Virus record (IMG/VR): IMGVR_UViG_3300011008_000008
DNA from: a virus
Taxonomy: Duplodnaviria; Caudoviricetes
Strand: one strand, 5' to 3'
DNA: 64,000 bases
Below the pieces are notes generated by a model. The model was given only the letters and a program-made list of their open reading frames with translations. It had not been told where the DNA came from and made no database searches. This document shows positions 51,401 to 61,846 of this stretch, piece after piece (position 1 is the first letter of the stretch; every line of letters begins with the position of its first letter). A program made the translations under genes and the position numbers.

Positions 51401-52352
51401 AAAGTTAATTGGTATTTGGGATAATAATGGCATTAGATTTGGATTAAATGGCATTGATTTGAGAGAAGATAATTGCCAATATGCTCAGTTTAATTCTTCT
51501 GGCTTTAAGCTTTCATTAGAAAATGGCGAAGTTGCAACTGGTTTATATGGAATTGGCAATACAGAATACTCATGTCTTTTGGTGCAAAACAGTTATGATC
51601 GATCAGTCATTCTTCCTCAATTAATGCGTGTTGAATCACGATCAAGAGAAACAGGTTCATATGCGGGTGTTTACTTTGAGGCAAATAACGATGATTGTGT
51701 ATTGGATTGTTCTATTACAGATGATTGGAGCGAAGAAATACACGCCTTTAGAATGTGGAAAAGTGATCCGGATGGAAATGTACCAGATGGTTCGATCACA
51801 TATAGTGGCAGACGGGGTGTACATGATACAAAAAGTGGCGGAGTAGTTATGACAGTATCTGATGACGGATTACATTTGTCTGGTTCGTTTTATGTTGATG
51901 GTGGGAACATTAATAAATATCGTGTCATGTCAACAGAACAATATTCAAAACGTCTTTTGTCAGCTTATGAAACACCAACCCCGATGTTCGGAGATGTTGG
52001 TGAAGCGACTATTGGCGAAGATGGAAGGTGCTATGTTTGGTTGGATGCTATTTTTGCGCAGATGATTTCTACAGATCAATATCAAGTCTTTTTGCAGAGA
52101 TACGGAGATGGAGATTGCTATGTCACTGATCGTAACCCCAATTATTTTGTAGTCGCCGGAAGTCCTGGGCTACAATTTGGATGGGAAATTAAGGCTAAAC
52201 AACGAGACTTTGATCAAAAACGTCTCGAAAAATATGAAAAGCAATTTAAGGTTAGTCCACAAACATACGATATACAAGCGATAAAACATATCGAGGAATT
52301 GAAGGAAGGAAGAATAGAATATGAAAGTGATAACGAGTGTAACAATATTTAA
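48411..52352 (+). CDS. tail spike/Tal-like baseplate hub protein
   Basis: 1313 aa after Dit; SELQFKV N-terminus; C-terminal ETPTPMFGDVGE...FGWEIKAKQ domain. Confidence 0.75.
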   Translation: MAVKIKFDNNRIPLQPTFVLANKNGNKLGCIPAKNISFADKFNSASELQFKVYKEESGVVCPLWDEIIDFKLVWCPEWDEWFEIHVEVNESNSIVKNVSAMSVGESELSQINLYNIEINTETDISRDDYVVTVLYDDENPKASLLNRITEKAPHYGIGHIDSTIADIQRTFTFDEVSILDALYQIGEEIGCIFIIDSGTSADGKIARTINVYDLQSYCYDCGYRNVFTGACPKCGSDNVSYGYGQDTNVYISRENLTDEITYTSDTDSVKNCFRLVGGDDLMTATIANCNPNGGGYLWYFSDEMKEDMSDELRAKIEEYDKEYQEYVNNREYVFPAELVTKYNELASNELYKTVKPTLKTISNPIVGYSGLMQIYYDTIDFEMLLRYDLMPSIELSGTTAQQELAKLTSEALSPVAVANLLTCSSSTATSAVLNVAKQIVRSDYQVKVESSSFSGEIWNGKFIVTNYSDDEDTATNDENITVTISGDQREYLEQRMEKVLAGKREDINDIVSIFKLNSDDFRNEEVKKYSLSCLESMRDSCQSCLDILIENGIADSQSQDDPSISRLYNSLYLPYFEKLNILIEEVAIRESELATIVGEYDENGGILTEGMQTAIQDINSEVQSYLDFEKYLGHDFVSELAAYRREDKYQNDNFISDGLDNQEIFSRALEFIELAKTEIYKSATLQHSISSTLKNLLVMKEFTPIVDTFEVGNWLTIRVGDKSYRLRLTSYEIDFEDLTTLNVEFSDVVETVFGASDVESILKRASSMSSAFGYVKRQAHRGEQSHEQLSDYMEKGLALTQMKIVSNPENQNVTMDHHGLLCREKSEYEDEYDERQLKIINKGLYLTDDGWRTAKSGIGQFIYYDPNDEENHYKVKYGVIADVLIAPLILSEDVGVYNLNNTIRLNNNGLTIISKNDDDTSKQTVFKLQKAKTVDGEEVITDVIFFDDNGNAHFEGLLDASNIQSGDLLADRIKGGILSLGGVDNDNGIIYMFDSAKKLIGIWDNNGIRFGLNGIDLREDNCQYAQFNSSGFKLSLENGEVATGLYGIGNTEYSCLLVQNSYDRSVILPQLMRVESRSRETGSYAGVYFEANNDDCVLDCSITDDWSEEIHAFRMWKSDPDGNVPDGSITYSGRRGVHDTKSGGVVMTVSDDGLHLSGSFYVDGGNINKYRVMSTEQYSKRLLSAYETPTPMFGDVGEATIGEDGRCYVWLDAIFAQMISTDQYQVFLQRYGDGDCYVTDRNPNYFVVAGSPGLQFGWEIKAKQRDFDQKRLEKYEKQFKVSPQTYDIQAIKHIEELKEGRIEYESDNECNNI

Positions 52353-52515
52353 TGACGCTATTGGCATGAGGATGTCAGCGACCTATTCAGAAATTGATGA
52401 TTCAACTGGTCGCGTGATTAGTGACAACAATCGTTTTGACAGAGTTGTTACCGATAAGACCGCCAAGGAAAATGGAAACGCATTGCTGGAATATGCAGGA
52501 ACATCCCTTGACTAA
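52321..52515 (+). CDS. hypothetical protein
   Basis: ORF overlapping upstream stop. Confidence 0.65.
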   Translation: MKVITSVTIFNDAIGMRMSATYSEIDDSTGRVISDNNRFDRVVTDKTAKENGNALLEYAGTSLD

Positions 52516-52585
52516 AGGATAGTGAGATTTTGCGAACAAAACGCGCAAAAGATAACGCACAGTTATATTTACACAGGAGGCTACT

Positions 52586-52984
52586 ATGAACATTTTAATA
52601 GGCATTAATCGGTTTTTGAATATTATCAATGAGAACTGGACTACCATCGTTGTGATGATTGGACTGGTTGTAGGGATTTATCAGAAGATTCGTTCTTACT
52701 TGCAGTACAGCAAGGAAGAGCGCGTTGCAATTGCCAAGGCTCAGATCCGCGAAAGCATACTAAGCATGATTACCAAGGCCGAACTTGATTTCGCTGATTG
52801 GAATCAGGCTGGCAGCATCAAGCGTTCGCAGGTCATTCAGCAAATCTATACCGAGTATCCGATACTGTCCAAGGTCATTGACCAGAATGCCCTTATCGGT
52901 TGGATAGATGATGAAATCAATCAGTCTCTAAAGACATTGGTTGAAGTTACTGCAAATAATGAAGATAAAGCGGCTCTTGAATAA
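52586..52984 (+). CDS. putative holin-like membrane protein
   Basis: N-terminal TM helix, AE...G.IKRSQV pattern of LL-H-like holins. Confidence 0.55.
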   Translation: MNILIGINRFLNIINENWTTIVVMIGLVVGIYQKIRSYLQYSKEERVAIAKAQIRESILSMITKAELDFADWNQAGSIKRSQVIQQIYTEYPILSKVIDQNALIGWIDDEINQSLKTLVEVTANNEDKAALE

Positions 52985-53016
52985 AAGAGCTGCTTTATTT
53001 GCATGGAGGGATGTTA

Positions 53017-56000
53017 ATGAGTAAAATTAACGTCAATGTTACAAATCAAAAAATATATTTAGTTTCTACAATGGGCGGCTTTGTATCGGGTTCGCAGAAG
53101 TTTGTCCAGTTCCATTTCAACATGGATTCTGGTTGGGACGATCTACGAGTATTCGCGCAATTCGGGCAAAACGGCACATTCTATAATAACTACTTAGACG
53201 AAAACAACGATACATATCTGCCCCCGGAAATTGGCCCCGGTACATTTACACTCATGCTTTATGGTAGTGATGAGGACGTAATTGCTACTACGAATTATCT
53301 AACGATTTCCGTTGACGAAAGCATGTTCGTTGGCGATGCCAGCAGTACCGAGATCTCCGAAACACTTTATACCCAATTGGTGACTAAGGTCAATGCTCTG
53401 GAACGTGAACTTCAATCGCAGAGTGATTCCAGGGTTTCTGAATTGACTACGAGGATAAATACGCTGGACACTTGGGCGCATCAAAAAGCTGCTGATTTAG
53501 AAAGTGCTGATAGGTATTTAACTGGACAAGTCGCAAATAAAGCTGACATGGCAGCTCTTAATAGTGAGGTCAGTCGAGCCATATCAGTTGAACAGTCCAT
53601 CATGAATACCTTGAGTCTAAAGGCCAGCCAGTCAGAGGTTGACGAGCTGACATTAAAGGTCACAGAGCTTGAGAACAACGAATACGTTGCCTCGCTGATT
53701 GAGAATGCTGTCCAATCTGAATTAGCAGAATATCTTGAAAGCGGCCAGCTCGCCAACATGACCATAACTGACGGCAGCGTTTCAAGGGATAAGGTCGATG
53801 CAGACTTTGAAGCAACCTTAGTCAAAGCAGATACCGCAATGCAAAAGTCCGTGTACGACCCGCAGAATTTAGGGGTTGACGTATTCTCCTATGCGGCGGC
53901 TCATGCCGATACTGTTCAACACAATCTTGACAACGTAACTGCCGAGATCAGAGATGCTTATTCTCTTACGGATACATTAAAGTATACTACTCTGGGCGAT
54001 GCCGTTCGCGGCGCGGTTACTCTGTCAAGAAATTATACCCAGGCGTTGCTTGCCGACTATAAGGCATTTACCATTGTGATTATGGATGAACTGCCCAATG
54101 CTGGTGATCCAATGACATTCTATCTTGTGCCCAATAAGAGCAATTCAGGATATGATAAGTATTGGTGGATTACAGATAATGACGGTGTTTCAAAATGGGA
54201 TGCTTTCGGTAGTTCCTCTACGCTCGTTGTAACCGAACTGCCAGAAACCGGTGACGAAGATGTTGACTACGTTTTGAAGTCACCTTCAGGATGCCTCTAT
54301 TATAAGTGGATTGACGGCTATTGGCAGGTTGTCGCGGGTTCTATCGCGTCTGTTTCATCAACGCTTCCGGAAACCGGCAACGAGTTTACCGATTACTATA
54401 TCCTCAATGATTCTGGCGTTTATGTACATTATCGGTATATCAACGGCGCTTTCCACAGCATCGGCACAGAGACTTATACCAGCGATGAACTTGACGCATT
54501 ACTGGCTTCAATCAGAGAGAACGTCGAGCGCAATGCGCAGGATATTGAAAGCATCAATGCAAACATTACGGCGTTGAGCAGAACCATTGAAAGGGTTTCC
54601 CAGGATTTGGCCAGCCTTGATGTCGAGGGGTATCAATATGAGGCTACGCTATCTCAAAGCGACGGCAATTATATTTTCACGCTTTATGAAATCAAGGATG
54701 ATGTGAGTACGGTCAAGAGCCAGTTCACATTGCCGAGTGGTGGCGGCAGTGGCCCTTCTTCGACAACAAACCTGGTCGTTGAGAAGATTACCCCTTCCCC
54801 GCTGATTGTGACTTCAACAGGTTCAGTTGTCATAGAAATCGACTATTCTTCTACAGATAATGACGGAGAAGAAATCGACGGTACATACACTTGGAAGCTG
54901 GGCAACACCACAATTCTGACTGGTTCGCTGGTGCAAGGAAGAAACTCTTTTGATCTGACGGAATTCTGTTCAATCGGAACGCAGAAGTTTACTCTGACTG
55001 TCGTTGACGAGGGTGGTTCTACCAACGTGAAGTCATGGACTGTACAGGTTGTCGATGTCAGAATTGAATCTACCTTCAATGACAGAAACACCTTTGATGT
55101 CAGCAGGTCTGTCAACTTCACCTACACCCCATACGGCTCTGTGTCCAAGACGATTCACTTCATATTGGATGGCGTCGAACTTGATCCCGTTGTTACCTCT
55201 GCATCCGGTACATTGCAGTCATATACCCTGGCTCCGCAGACGCATGGAGCGCACTTGCTTGAATGCTATATTACTGCCACAATCAACAATATGAGCATTG
55301 AAACCGATCATATCTTCAAGGACATCATTTGGTTTGACAGCACATCCAACGTGCCAGTTATAGGCTGTATCTATAGATATGACCATTATGGCAAGGTTGC
55401 TGCGAGGCAGTATAACACCACGAATATCCCCTATGTTGTGTATGACCCAAGCACAAGCTATCCTACGGTAACGCTGAGTATAGATGGCGAGTTGAACAGC
55501 ACATTGCGGTTGACGAGCGCTACAAACTCTTGGTCATACAAATCTGATGAAGTGGCCGAGCATGTTTTGACGATTGCTTGCGGGGAAACTTCGGTGGATA
55601 TTCACATGGACATTCAAGAGCTTGGCTATGACATTTCGCCCGTAACTGCAAACCTTGAGTTCGATTTTAACCCGACTGGCATTTCCAACAGCAGCGAAAA
55701 TAAGCTCTGGAAGTATTCAGCCAATCCCGCAATCCAGCTAAGTGTTTCCGATAACTTTGACTGGAATAACGGTGGCTATCAGGTTGACGAAAACGGCAAT
55801 CAGTATTTCTGCGTCAAGTCTGGCACACGCGCCTATTTCAGCTACAATTTGTTTGGCACTGATCCGAAACAAAATGGTTCAACGTTTGAATGCATCTTTA
55901 AAACAGAGAATGTGCGTGACAATGAAACAACGTTTTTATCGTGTATTCCGGACGAGGATACGGTAAAAGTTGGTCTGCAAATGCAAGCTCATGACGCTTT

Positions 56001-59000
56001 TATTTATAGCTCAACTTCTACTTTGCAATTCTCTTATAGTGAGGAAGATATTATTGAGTATGAATATATCATCAATCCTCTTGACACAGAGAATCCAGAT
56101 TCAACCGCGTACATTATGACGTATGAAGATGGTGTTGCTGCGCGTCCGATGATATTCGATGATTCACATAGATTGTATCAGTATACACCTGTTCCCATTA
56201 CCATAGGATCAGACGATTGCGATGTCCATATCTATAGAATGAAAGCGTATTCTGCTGCGCTGTCAAGTTCGGACGTTTTGAAAAACTTCTATGCTGACGC
56301 GCTTGATTCCGAAACCATGATCGCAAGGTATGAGCGCAATCAAATTTATGACGAGAACAATACCCTCACACCTGAATCTGTTGCGGCAGCTTGCCCTAAT
56401 CTAAAGGTGATTAAGATCGATGCACCTTATTTCACGAATGATAAAAAGAATTATGTGAAGTATACCAATGTCGAGTGTATTCACAAGAATGGTGATCCTG
56501 CCCTGGATAACTGGAAGTTCACGAATGGCTATCATGCCGGACAGGGTACAACTTCAAACGAATACGGTTTTGCCGGAAGAAACATCGATATCATTTTCGG
56601 ATTTGATGGACAGCATCAGGTGACGAGCAAGATCCCGCTTGAGGCAGATTACATTTCTGAGTTGACACTTGGAGATGGAACCAAGTATTCTGACGGCAGC
56701 GGCAAAGTTGCTTTGACACGAACCTCAGTTCCTAATACATGGTTCAATATCAAGGTCAATATTGCTTCATCCGAGAACACCAATAATGCTTTGCTGCAAA
56801 AGCGCTATAACGATTATATCCCCTATCAGACTCCCGGCATGCGTAGAAATCCATTTGTTAAAAACTCAATGGAGTTCTATAACTGTGTTATCTTCATTCG
56901 AGAGAATAATACGGACTTGTCAACACATAGAGAGTTTGCTGATACCCAATGGCACTTCTATGGCATTGGAAATTTGGGAGATTCCAAGAAAACAGATAAC
57001 ACCCGCGTAAACGACCCAACGGATATGAAGGAATTTGTGGTTGAGGTTTCGGATAACACCTTGCCCAACTCTTGGTTCCAAACTGGCGTCTATAACACGG
57101 TAAACTCTGATGACGAAGAAGAACTTGCAAAAGGAGAAATCACTTTTGACCCAGAGATAGGAAAGAAAGTTGTCTATCCCATCACGAAAGAACAGTGGAA
57201 TGATTCTCGCAATCTAAAGCGCAAATCGCTTTATGAGAATTGGGATGATTCTTTCGAGTTCAGATACGATATGGGCACTAAGGACGGCGAAACTATTTCT
57301 GACGCTGAATTGGAAGCCCAGCAGGAATTGTCCAAACAGGTGTTCCGCGATATGTATGAGTGGGTTATCACTTCAACAGACGAGGAATTTGTTTCTGAGT
57401 TTGGTAATTGGTTTATTACTGAATCACCATTGTATTGGTATCTGTTTACAGAGCGCTATACAATGATCGACAACAGGGCGAAAAACTCATTCTGGCATTG
57501 GGGCAAGACCTATATTACCGAAACTGAAGCTGAGGAAATGGGCGACGATGCTAAGAATTATATCATTGATAACGATGCGGCGGCAATCAACAATGGTTAT
57601 AGATTTGATCTATGGGACTATGATAACGATACTGCCCTTGGTATCAATAACTCCGGTGAGCTTACCATGCCATACGGAAAAGAAGATATTGATTTGAAGA
57701 AAGATGATGATCCTAACTCTGGTTATATCTTCAATGCCGCAGAAAGTGTTTTCTGGCGCAGAATCCGTAAATTGATGCATTCACAGTTACAGACTTTATA
57801 TCTGAATCGTGAAAGTGCGGGCTGTTGGAGTTCTGCTTCACTGATTCAAGAATTTGATGCATGGCAAGAAATGTTCCCAGAAGAATTGTGGAGGCTGGAT
57901 ATTGAAAGAAAGTATATTCGTACTTATGAAGCTGGGACTACTCGCTTCTTGAATGAGATGGCGAATGGCCGAAAGAGATATCAGCGCCGCCAATTCGAGA
58001 GGGATATGGAGGCTTATATCGGGACAAAATATCTCGGCACAACCGTTACGGCTGACCAGATCATGTTTAGATGTAATACTCCGCAATCCGCAGTAGTATC
58101 TCCAGATTATACTTTGAGCATCGTTCCATATTCTGATATGTATATTTCTGTCAAATATGGTAACTCGCCTGATGTAAAACAGGTTAGAGCAAAAGCAGGT
58201 AAACCCTATGTAATTACGACTGAGCTGACGCAGATGGATGATACCGCCATTCTGATCTATTGTGCCTCTCGTATTCAAGCATTGAACGACTTATCCGCAT
58301 GCTATATCCATGATAATGATTTCTCAAAGGCTTCAAAGCTGAAAACGCTGATTATTGGTAATACCACGGAAGGATATCAAAATACATTCCTGACCACTTT
58401 GAACATGGGTAACAATACGTTGCTTGAAACTCTGGATATTAGGAATTGTCCAAACCTTACTGGTTCAATCAATCTAAGTGCTTGTGCAAATCTAATTAGG
58501 CTTTATGCAGAGGGAACAATTATTACATCTGTTCTATTTGCGAATAACGGCAAGATTGTTACCGCGCATTTGCCGAGCACAGTAAACGGTTTGACGCTTA
58601 GAAACCTGAACTATCTGACTGATCTAATTGTCGCGCAAGATAATGGCGTAGACTATCCAAACCTTGAAACCTTTATTTGCGAGTATTCCGTAGTAGATGC
58701 TTTGTCTATTATCAGCAGTGCAATCAGCACTTTGCAGACGATCAGAGCACTCGGAATCAGTTGGGAGTTGGCAGAAACTACACTGCTCAATAATATTCTG
58801 AAAAAGAATAGTTCGCTGTTGAGTGGTTCGGTCTACGTTTCTGGTCAAATCAGAAATAAAGAGCTGGCTGATTATGAATATAACTGGCCTGATCTTGATG
58901 TTACTTACAACTCCGCAAATATTGTTACTCAGTATGAAGCAACATTCCTCAATGCGGATGGATCGCCGATTACCCGTAAAGATGGTGTAACTCCTTACAC

Positions 59001-60822
59001 TCAATATGTTGACCGTGGTGAAGCGCCATATGATCCTATTGAGGCCGGGGATGTCAATACACCTACGCAGGAAAGCGACGATGAATATGACTACACCTTC
59101 TCCCATTGGGATAACATTTCAGAGGAGATGCTTGCCCCAAGAACGATAACGGCGGTATACACAAAGACCGTGCGCGTCTATCGCGTTACATGGTATGCCC
59201 GTGCTGGATTGCCATTAAAGACGGTGTATAAGGAATATGGCTCTGAGGCTGTATACGATGGCGACATTCCGACGAATACCACAGGTGAAAGTTCTTATGT
59301 ATATAACCTTTTCACTGGATGGGATAAGAGCACAGGCTTTATCCGTGGCGATACTGATGTCTACGCAGTCTGGGCAACGGCTGAATTGCCAGCCACAACA
59401 AAGGATTTGTCTGATATGTCAATGGCTGAAATATTCGCCGTGGCTTCATCTGGACGTGCCGCTAACTATTTTGAAGATAAAGATTACTTCGACTTCAACA
59501 TGGGTAATGACTTTAATTTCTCAAATGTTGAAAGTCAGGTGTTATTTACGGATAAGTATTTTAATGGCGCAGAAGCTATTGATACTGGCATAAAGCTGTT
59601 TGGCGACAACCTGAAATCCTTCACTCTTGCAATTGACTTCACATGGAACAGCACCGATACGGATAATACGTTGGTGTCTTGTTTCGAGGAAGATGGATCA
59701 GAGGGATTCAGATTAAGGTATAATTCAGGGCCTAATGTACAATGGGGCAATCGTAATATTGCTGTTGGCAATTATAGCGGTACTACTCATTATCGTGATA
59801 TTGTCGTGCTGCGGTATAACAAGAATGAGAAGGATAAGCTTTATGTCTACCATACGAATAATGCGAGTTCGCCGACTATGTTCAACCCATCTGTTCTGGT
59901 AACAGAACTGGTGAGAACAAGAGAGACGAATACAAATGCTTCGCTGGTCTTTGGCGCTATGAAGTTCCTTGAGGATGGTTACTATGACTATTATGGCAAA
60001 GGAACAATTCATTGGTGTAAAATCTGGTATGACGATCTGGGTGATGCAAATTGCCAGGAACTTGCCGCATGGTGTCATGAGCCGTGTCGTGCGCACTATT
60101 ATGGTGCCGGAAGATATAGGCTTGCCGATTCAAGTCTGCGTTCTAATGCAAGCTTCATTTTCAATAATGAGTTGGCCGGACGTGGATATTATATGAATCC
60201 ATCACCTAATACCAACGCTGGTGGTTGGGATGCGAGCTATAACCGTGCATTCTGTAATGGCAGATTGTTTAATGGTTTCCCCATCGCGCTTCGCAGTATG
60301 ATAAAGACCGTTAGAGTAAGCGCTTCCGCTGGATCGCAGTCAACCGAGATATTAGTGTCACAGGATAAGATTTATCTGGCGGCAACAAAAGAAGCTAATC
60401 CAAATAATACCGATACTACATATAATTCTGAAGTGTCCGCAGGTATCTCTTGGTTTACTTCTAACCTAACGAGGGTTAAGTTTAGAGGCAGGATCATTAA
60501 AGAGGGCGCTCAATACTTTTCCACTAATCAGGAACCTTCTTTAACGTCTACAAACAATGTCAAGCCTGGTGACATCTGGATTAATACTGGAAACGAAAGC
60601 AGAGGATATATGTACGTGACGCAGGATGAAATCGATCAGTTTGGTTTAACTCCTGCATATACCGCAAACATTGGTGGAGGCTGGGTAGCTTCCGCGGGCT
60701 GGTGGTTGCGTTCGCCGGGTGTGTCCAGCTCGACGTCCTTCTGGTTTGTCTACACCTATGGCGACATGAGCACCAACGGCGCGAGCAACGTGTTTGGGGT
60801 TGTGCCCTGCTTCTCTATCTAA
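53017..60822 (+). CDS. giant tail/receptor-binding protein, DGR target
   Basis: BppU-like N-terminus, LamG-like, CotH-kinase-like and LRR segments, C-terminal C-type-lectin fold WWLRSP...GVVPCFSI containing VR. Confidence 0.85.
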   Translation: MSKINVNVTNQKIYLVSTMGGFVSGSQKFVQFHFNMDSGWDDLRVFAQFGQNGTFYNNYLDENNDTYLPPEIGPGTFTLMLYGSDEDVIATTNYLTISVDESMFVGDASSTEISETLYTQLVTKVNALERELQSQSDSRVSELTTRINTLDTWAHQKAADLESADRYLTGQVANKADMAALNSEVSRAISVEQSIMNTLSLKASQSEVDELTLKVTELENNEYVASLIENAVQSELAEYLESGQLANMTITDGSVSRDKVDADFEATLVKADTAMQKSVYDPQNLGVDVFSYAAAHADTVQHNLDNVTAEIRDAYSLTDTLKYTTLGDAVRGAVTLSRNYTQALLADYKAFTIVIMDELPNAGDPMTFYLVPNKSNSGYDKYWWITDNDGVSKWDAFGSSSTLVVTELPETGDEDVDYVLKSPSGCLYYKWIDGYWQVVAGSIASVSSTLPETGNEFTDYYILNDSGVYVHYRYINGAFHSIGTETYTSDELDALLASIRENVERNAQDIESINANITALSRTIERVSQDLASLDVEGYQYEATLSQSDGNYIFTLYEIKDDVSTVKSQFTLPSGGGSGPSSTTNLVVEKITPSPLIVTSTGSVVIEIDYSSTDNDGEEIDGTYTWKLGNTTILTGSLVQGRNSFDLTEFCSIGTQKFTLTVVDEGGSTNVKSWTVQVVDVRIESTFNDRNTFDVSRSVNFTYTPYGSVSKTIHFILDGVELDPVVTSASGTLQSYTLAPQTHGAHLLECYITATINNMSIETDHIFKDIIWFDSTSNVPVIGCIYRYDHYGKVAARQYNTTNIPYVVYDPSTSYPTVTLSIDGELNSTLRLTSATNSWSYKSDEVAEHVLTIACGETSVDIHMDIQELGYDISPVTANLEFDFNPTGISNSSENKLWKYSANPAIQLSVSDNFDWNNGGYQVDENGNQYFCVKSGTRAYFSYNLFGTDPKQNGSTFECIFKTENVRDNETTFLSCIPDEDTVKVGLQMQAHDAFIYSSTSTLQFSYSEEDIIEYEYIINPLDTENPDSTAYIMTYEDGVAARPMIFDDSHRLYQYTPVPITIGSDDCDVHIYRMKAYSAALSSSDVLKNFYADALDSETMIARYERNQIYDENNTLTPESVAAACPNLKVIKIDAPYFTNDKKNYVKYTNVECIHKNGDPALDNWKFTNGYHAGQGTTSNEYGFAGRNIDIIFGFDGQHQVTSKIPLEADYISELTLGDGTKYSDGSGKVALTRTSVPNTWFNIKVNIASSENTNNALLQKRYNDYIPYQTPGMRRNPFVKNSMEFYNCVIFIRENNTDLSTHREFADTQWHFYGIGNLGDSKKTDNTRVNDPTDMKEFVVEVSDNTLPNSWFQTGVYNTVNSDDEEELAKGEITFDPEIGKKVVYPITKEQWNDSRNLKRKSLYENWDDSFEFRYDMGTKDGETISDAELEAQQELSKQVFRDMYEWVITSTDEEFVSEFGNWFITESPLYWYLFTERYTMIDNRAKNSFWHWGKTYITETEAEEMGDDAKNYIIDNDAAAINNGYRFDLWDYDNDTALGINNSGELTMPYGKEDIDLKKDDDPNSGYIFNAAESVFWRRIRKLMHSQLQTLYLNRESAGCWSSASLIQEFDAWQEMFPEELWRLDIERKYIRTYEAGTTRFLNEMANGRKRYQRRQFERDMEAYIGTKYLGTTVTADQIMFRCNTPQSAVVSPDYTLSIVPYSDMYISVKYGNSPDVKQVRAKAGKPYVITTELTQMDDTAILIYCASRIQALNDLSACYIHDNDFSKASKLKTLIIGNTTEGYQNTFLTTLNMGNNTLLETLDIRNCPNLTGSINLSACANLIRLYAEGTIITSVLFANNGKIVTAHLPSTVNGLTLRNLNYLTDLIVAQDNGVDYPNLETFICEYSVVDALSIISSAISTLQTIRALGISWELAETTLLNNILKKNSSLLSGSVYVSGQIRNKELADYEYNWPDLDVTYNSANIVTQYEATFLNADGSPITRKDGVTPYTQYVDRGEAPYDPIEAGDVNTPTQESDDEYDYTFSHWDNISEEMLAPRTITAVYTKTVRVYRVTWYARAGLPLKTVYKEYGSEAVYDGDIPTNTTGESSYVYNLFTGWDKSTGFIRGDTDVYAVWATAELPATTKDLSDMSMAEIFAVASSGRAANYFEDKDYFDFNMGNDFNFSNVESQVLFTDKYFNGAEAIDTGIKLFGDNLKSFTLAIDFTWNSTDTDNTLVSCFEEDGSEGFRLRYNSGPNVQWGNRNIAVGNYSGTTHYRDIVVLRYNKNEKDKLYVYHTNNASSPTMFNPSVLVTELVRTRETNTNASLVFGAMKFLEDGYYDYYGKGTIHWCKIWYDDLGDANCQELAAWCHEPCRAHYYGAGRYRLADSSLRSNASFIFNNELAGRGYYMNPSPNTNAGGWDASYNRAFCNGRLFNGFPIALRSMIKTVRVSASAGSQSTEILVSQDKIYLAATKEANPNNTDTTYNSEVSAGISWFTSNLTRVKFRGRIIKEGAQYFSTNQEPSLTSTNNVKPGDIWINTGNESRGYMYVTQDEIDQFGLTPAYTANIGGGWVASAGWWLRSPGVSSSTSFWFVYTYGDMSTNGASNVFGVVPCFSI
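60688..60813 (+). repeat. DGR variable repeat (VR)
   Basis: 126-nt copy of TR; 16 of 17 mismatches at TR adenines. Confidence 0.95.
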
Positions 60823-60844
60823 AAATCTAAGGAAAGGGAAATAT

Positions 60845-60883
60845 GGTGGGCAAGAACACAGATTATCTGGCGGCTTGCCCGCC
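60845..60883 (+). promoter_or_regulatory. hairpin downstream of VR/IMH
   Basis: GGTGGGCAAG...CTTGCCCGCC stem. Confidence 0.6.
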
Positions 60884-60897
60884 TAATACTGTAAGAA

Positions 60898-61692
60898 ATG
60901 TCTGTTTTGAAAAACGATAGAGTAATCGCGCCTTATGAATACGAAAGGACGTTCGGATTACTCTATCAATTCAGCATGAAAAACACATCTAAAGCATCCA
61001 AGCGCAGAAAACGCTGGATATGTGATGAAATAGATGGTCGAATGAATGCCCTGTTTAATACCATAACAGGGCTATCTACAAATTACTTTGAGCCGTCAAA
61101 TAGGAAAGCATCTATTGCAGAAATTATTAAAGAGGCAATAGAAGGATTATGTCAATTACAAAAACCATTGCTTGCTTTCTGGAATATATCAGAATCAAAA
61201 ATAAGCACAATGGAACAATGGGTAAAATATATCAACAAGGATTTAAAATTACTAAATAATATGTTAGAAGAGAAAGTCGATTACGATCCGTTATTCATTA
61301 TTGATTATGATTCTGTTTCAAAAGCGGAATATGTAAAGAAGATGGCAGAACTACATAAGTATGTTCACGGAAAGATAGTTCATGCGCCGTTGAAATATCA
61401 AAACACCGGTTCAAATCTTATCATCAGTTTGATAGATGATGCATTGTACAATGTAATGAGTGCAAATGTACGGATTCCTAAAACTGCTGAACAATACAAG
61501 AAACGGCGTAAGAAAATATCAAAAGCTATTTCAGATTTGAACAAGCTTCAAAGACCGCTTTCAGTATATTTTGTAATGCTTGAATACAGCGAGAAGGAAA
61601 TAGCAAAACTATCTTCTTTGATTCGTGAGGAATTAAAATTATTATACGGAATCAATAGATCGGATAAAGATCGTTTTTCAAATCTCAAATAG
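60898..61692 (+). CDS. avd: DGR accessory protein Avd-like, tandem double domain
   Basis: between VR and TR; MSVLK..R start and ..SDKDRF end; two helical halves each with LQ(K/R)PL and LKLL. Confidence 0.75.
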   Translation: MSVLKNDRVIAPYEYERTFGLLYQFSMKNTSKASKRRKRWICDEIDGRMNALFNTITGLSTNYFEPSNRKASIAEIIKEAIEGLCQLQKPLLAFWNISESKISTMEQWVKYINKDLKLLNNMLEEKVDYDPLFIIDYDSVSKAEYVKKMAELHKYVHGKIVHAPLKYQNTGSNLIISLIDDALYNVMSANVRIPKTAEQYKKRRKKISKAISDLNKLQRPLSVYFVMLEYSEKEIAKLSSLIREELKLLYGINRSDKDRFSNLK

Positions 61693-61720
61693 TTTTATAT
61701 AGGTTATATTCTGATATCGT

Positions 61721-61846
61721 GCTTCCGCGAACTGGTGGTTGCGTTCGCCGGGTTTGTCCAGCTCGACGAACTTCTGGAATGTCAACACCAATGGCAACAT
61801 GAACAACAACAACGCGAGCAACGTGAATGGGGTTGTGCCCTGATTC
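61721..61846 (+). repeat. DGR template repeat (TR)
   Basis: 12 AAC/AAT codons; matches VR. Confidence 0.95.
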
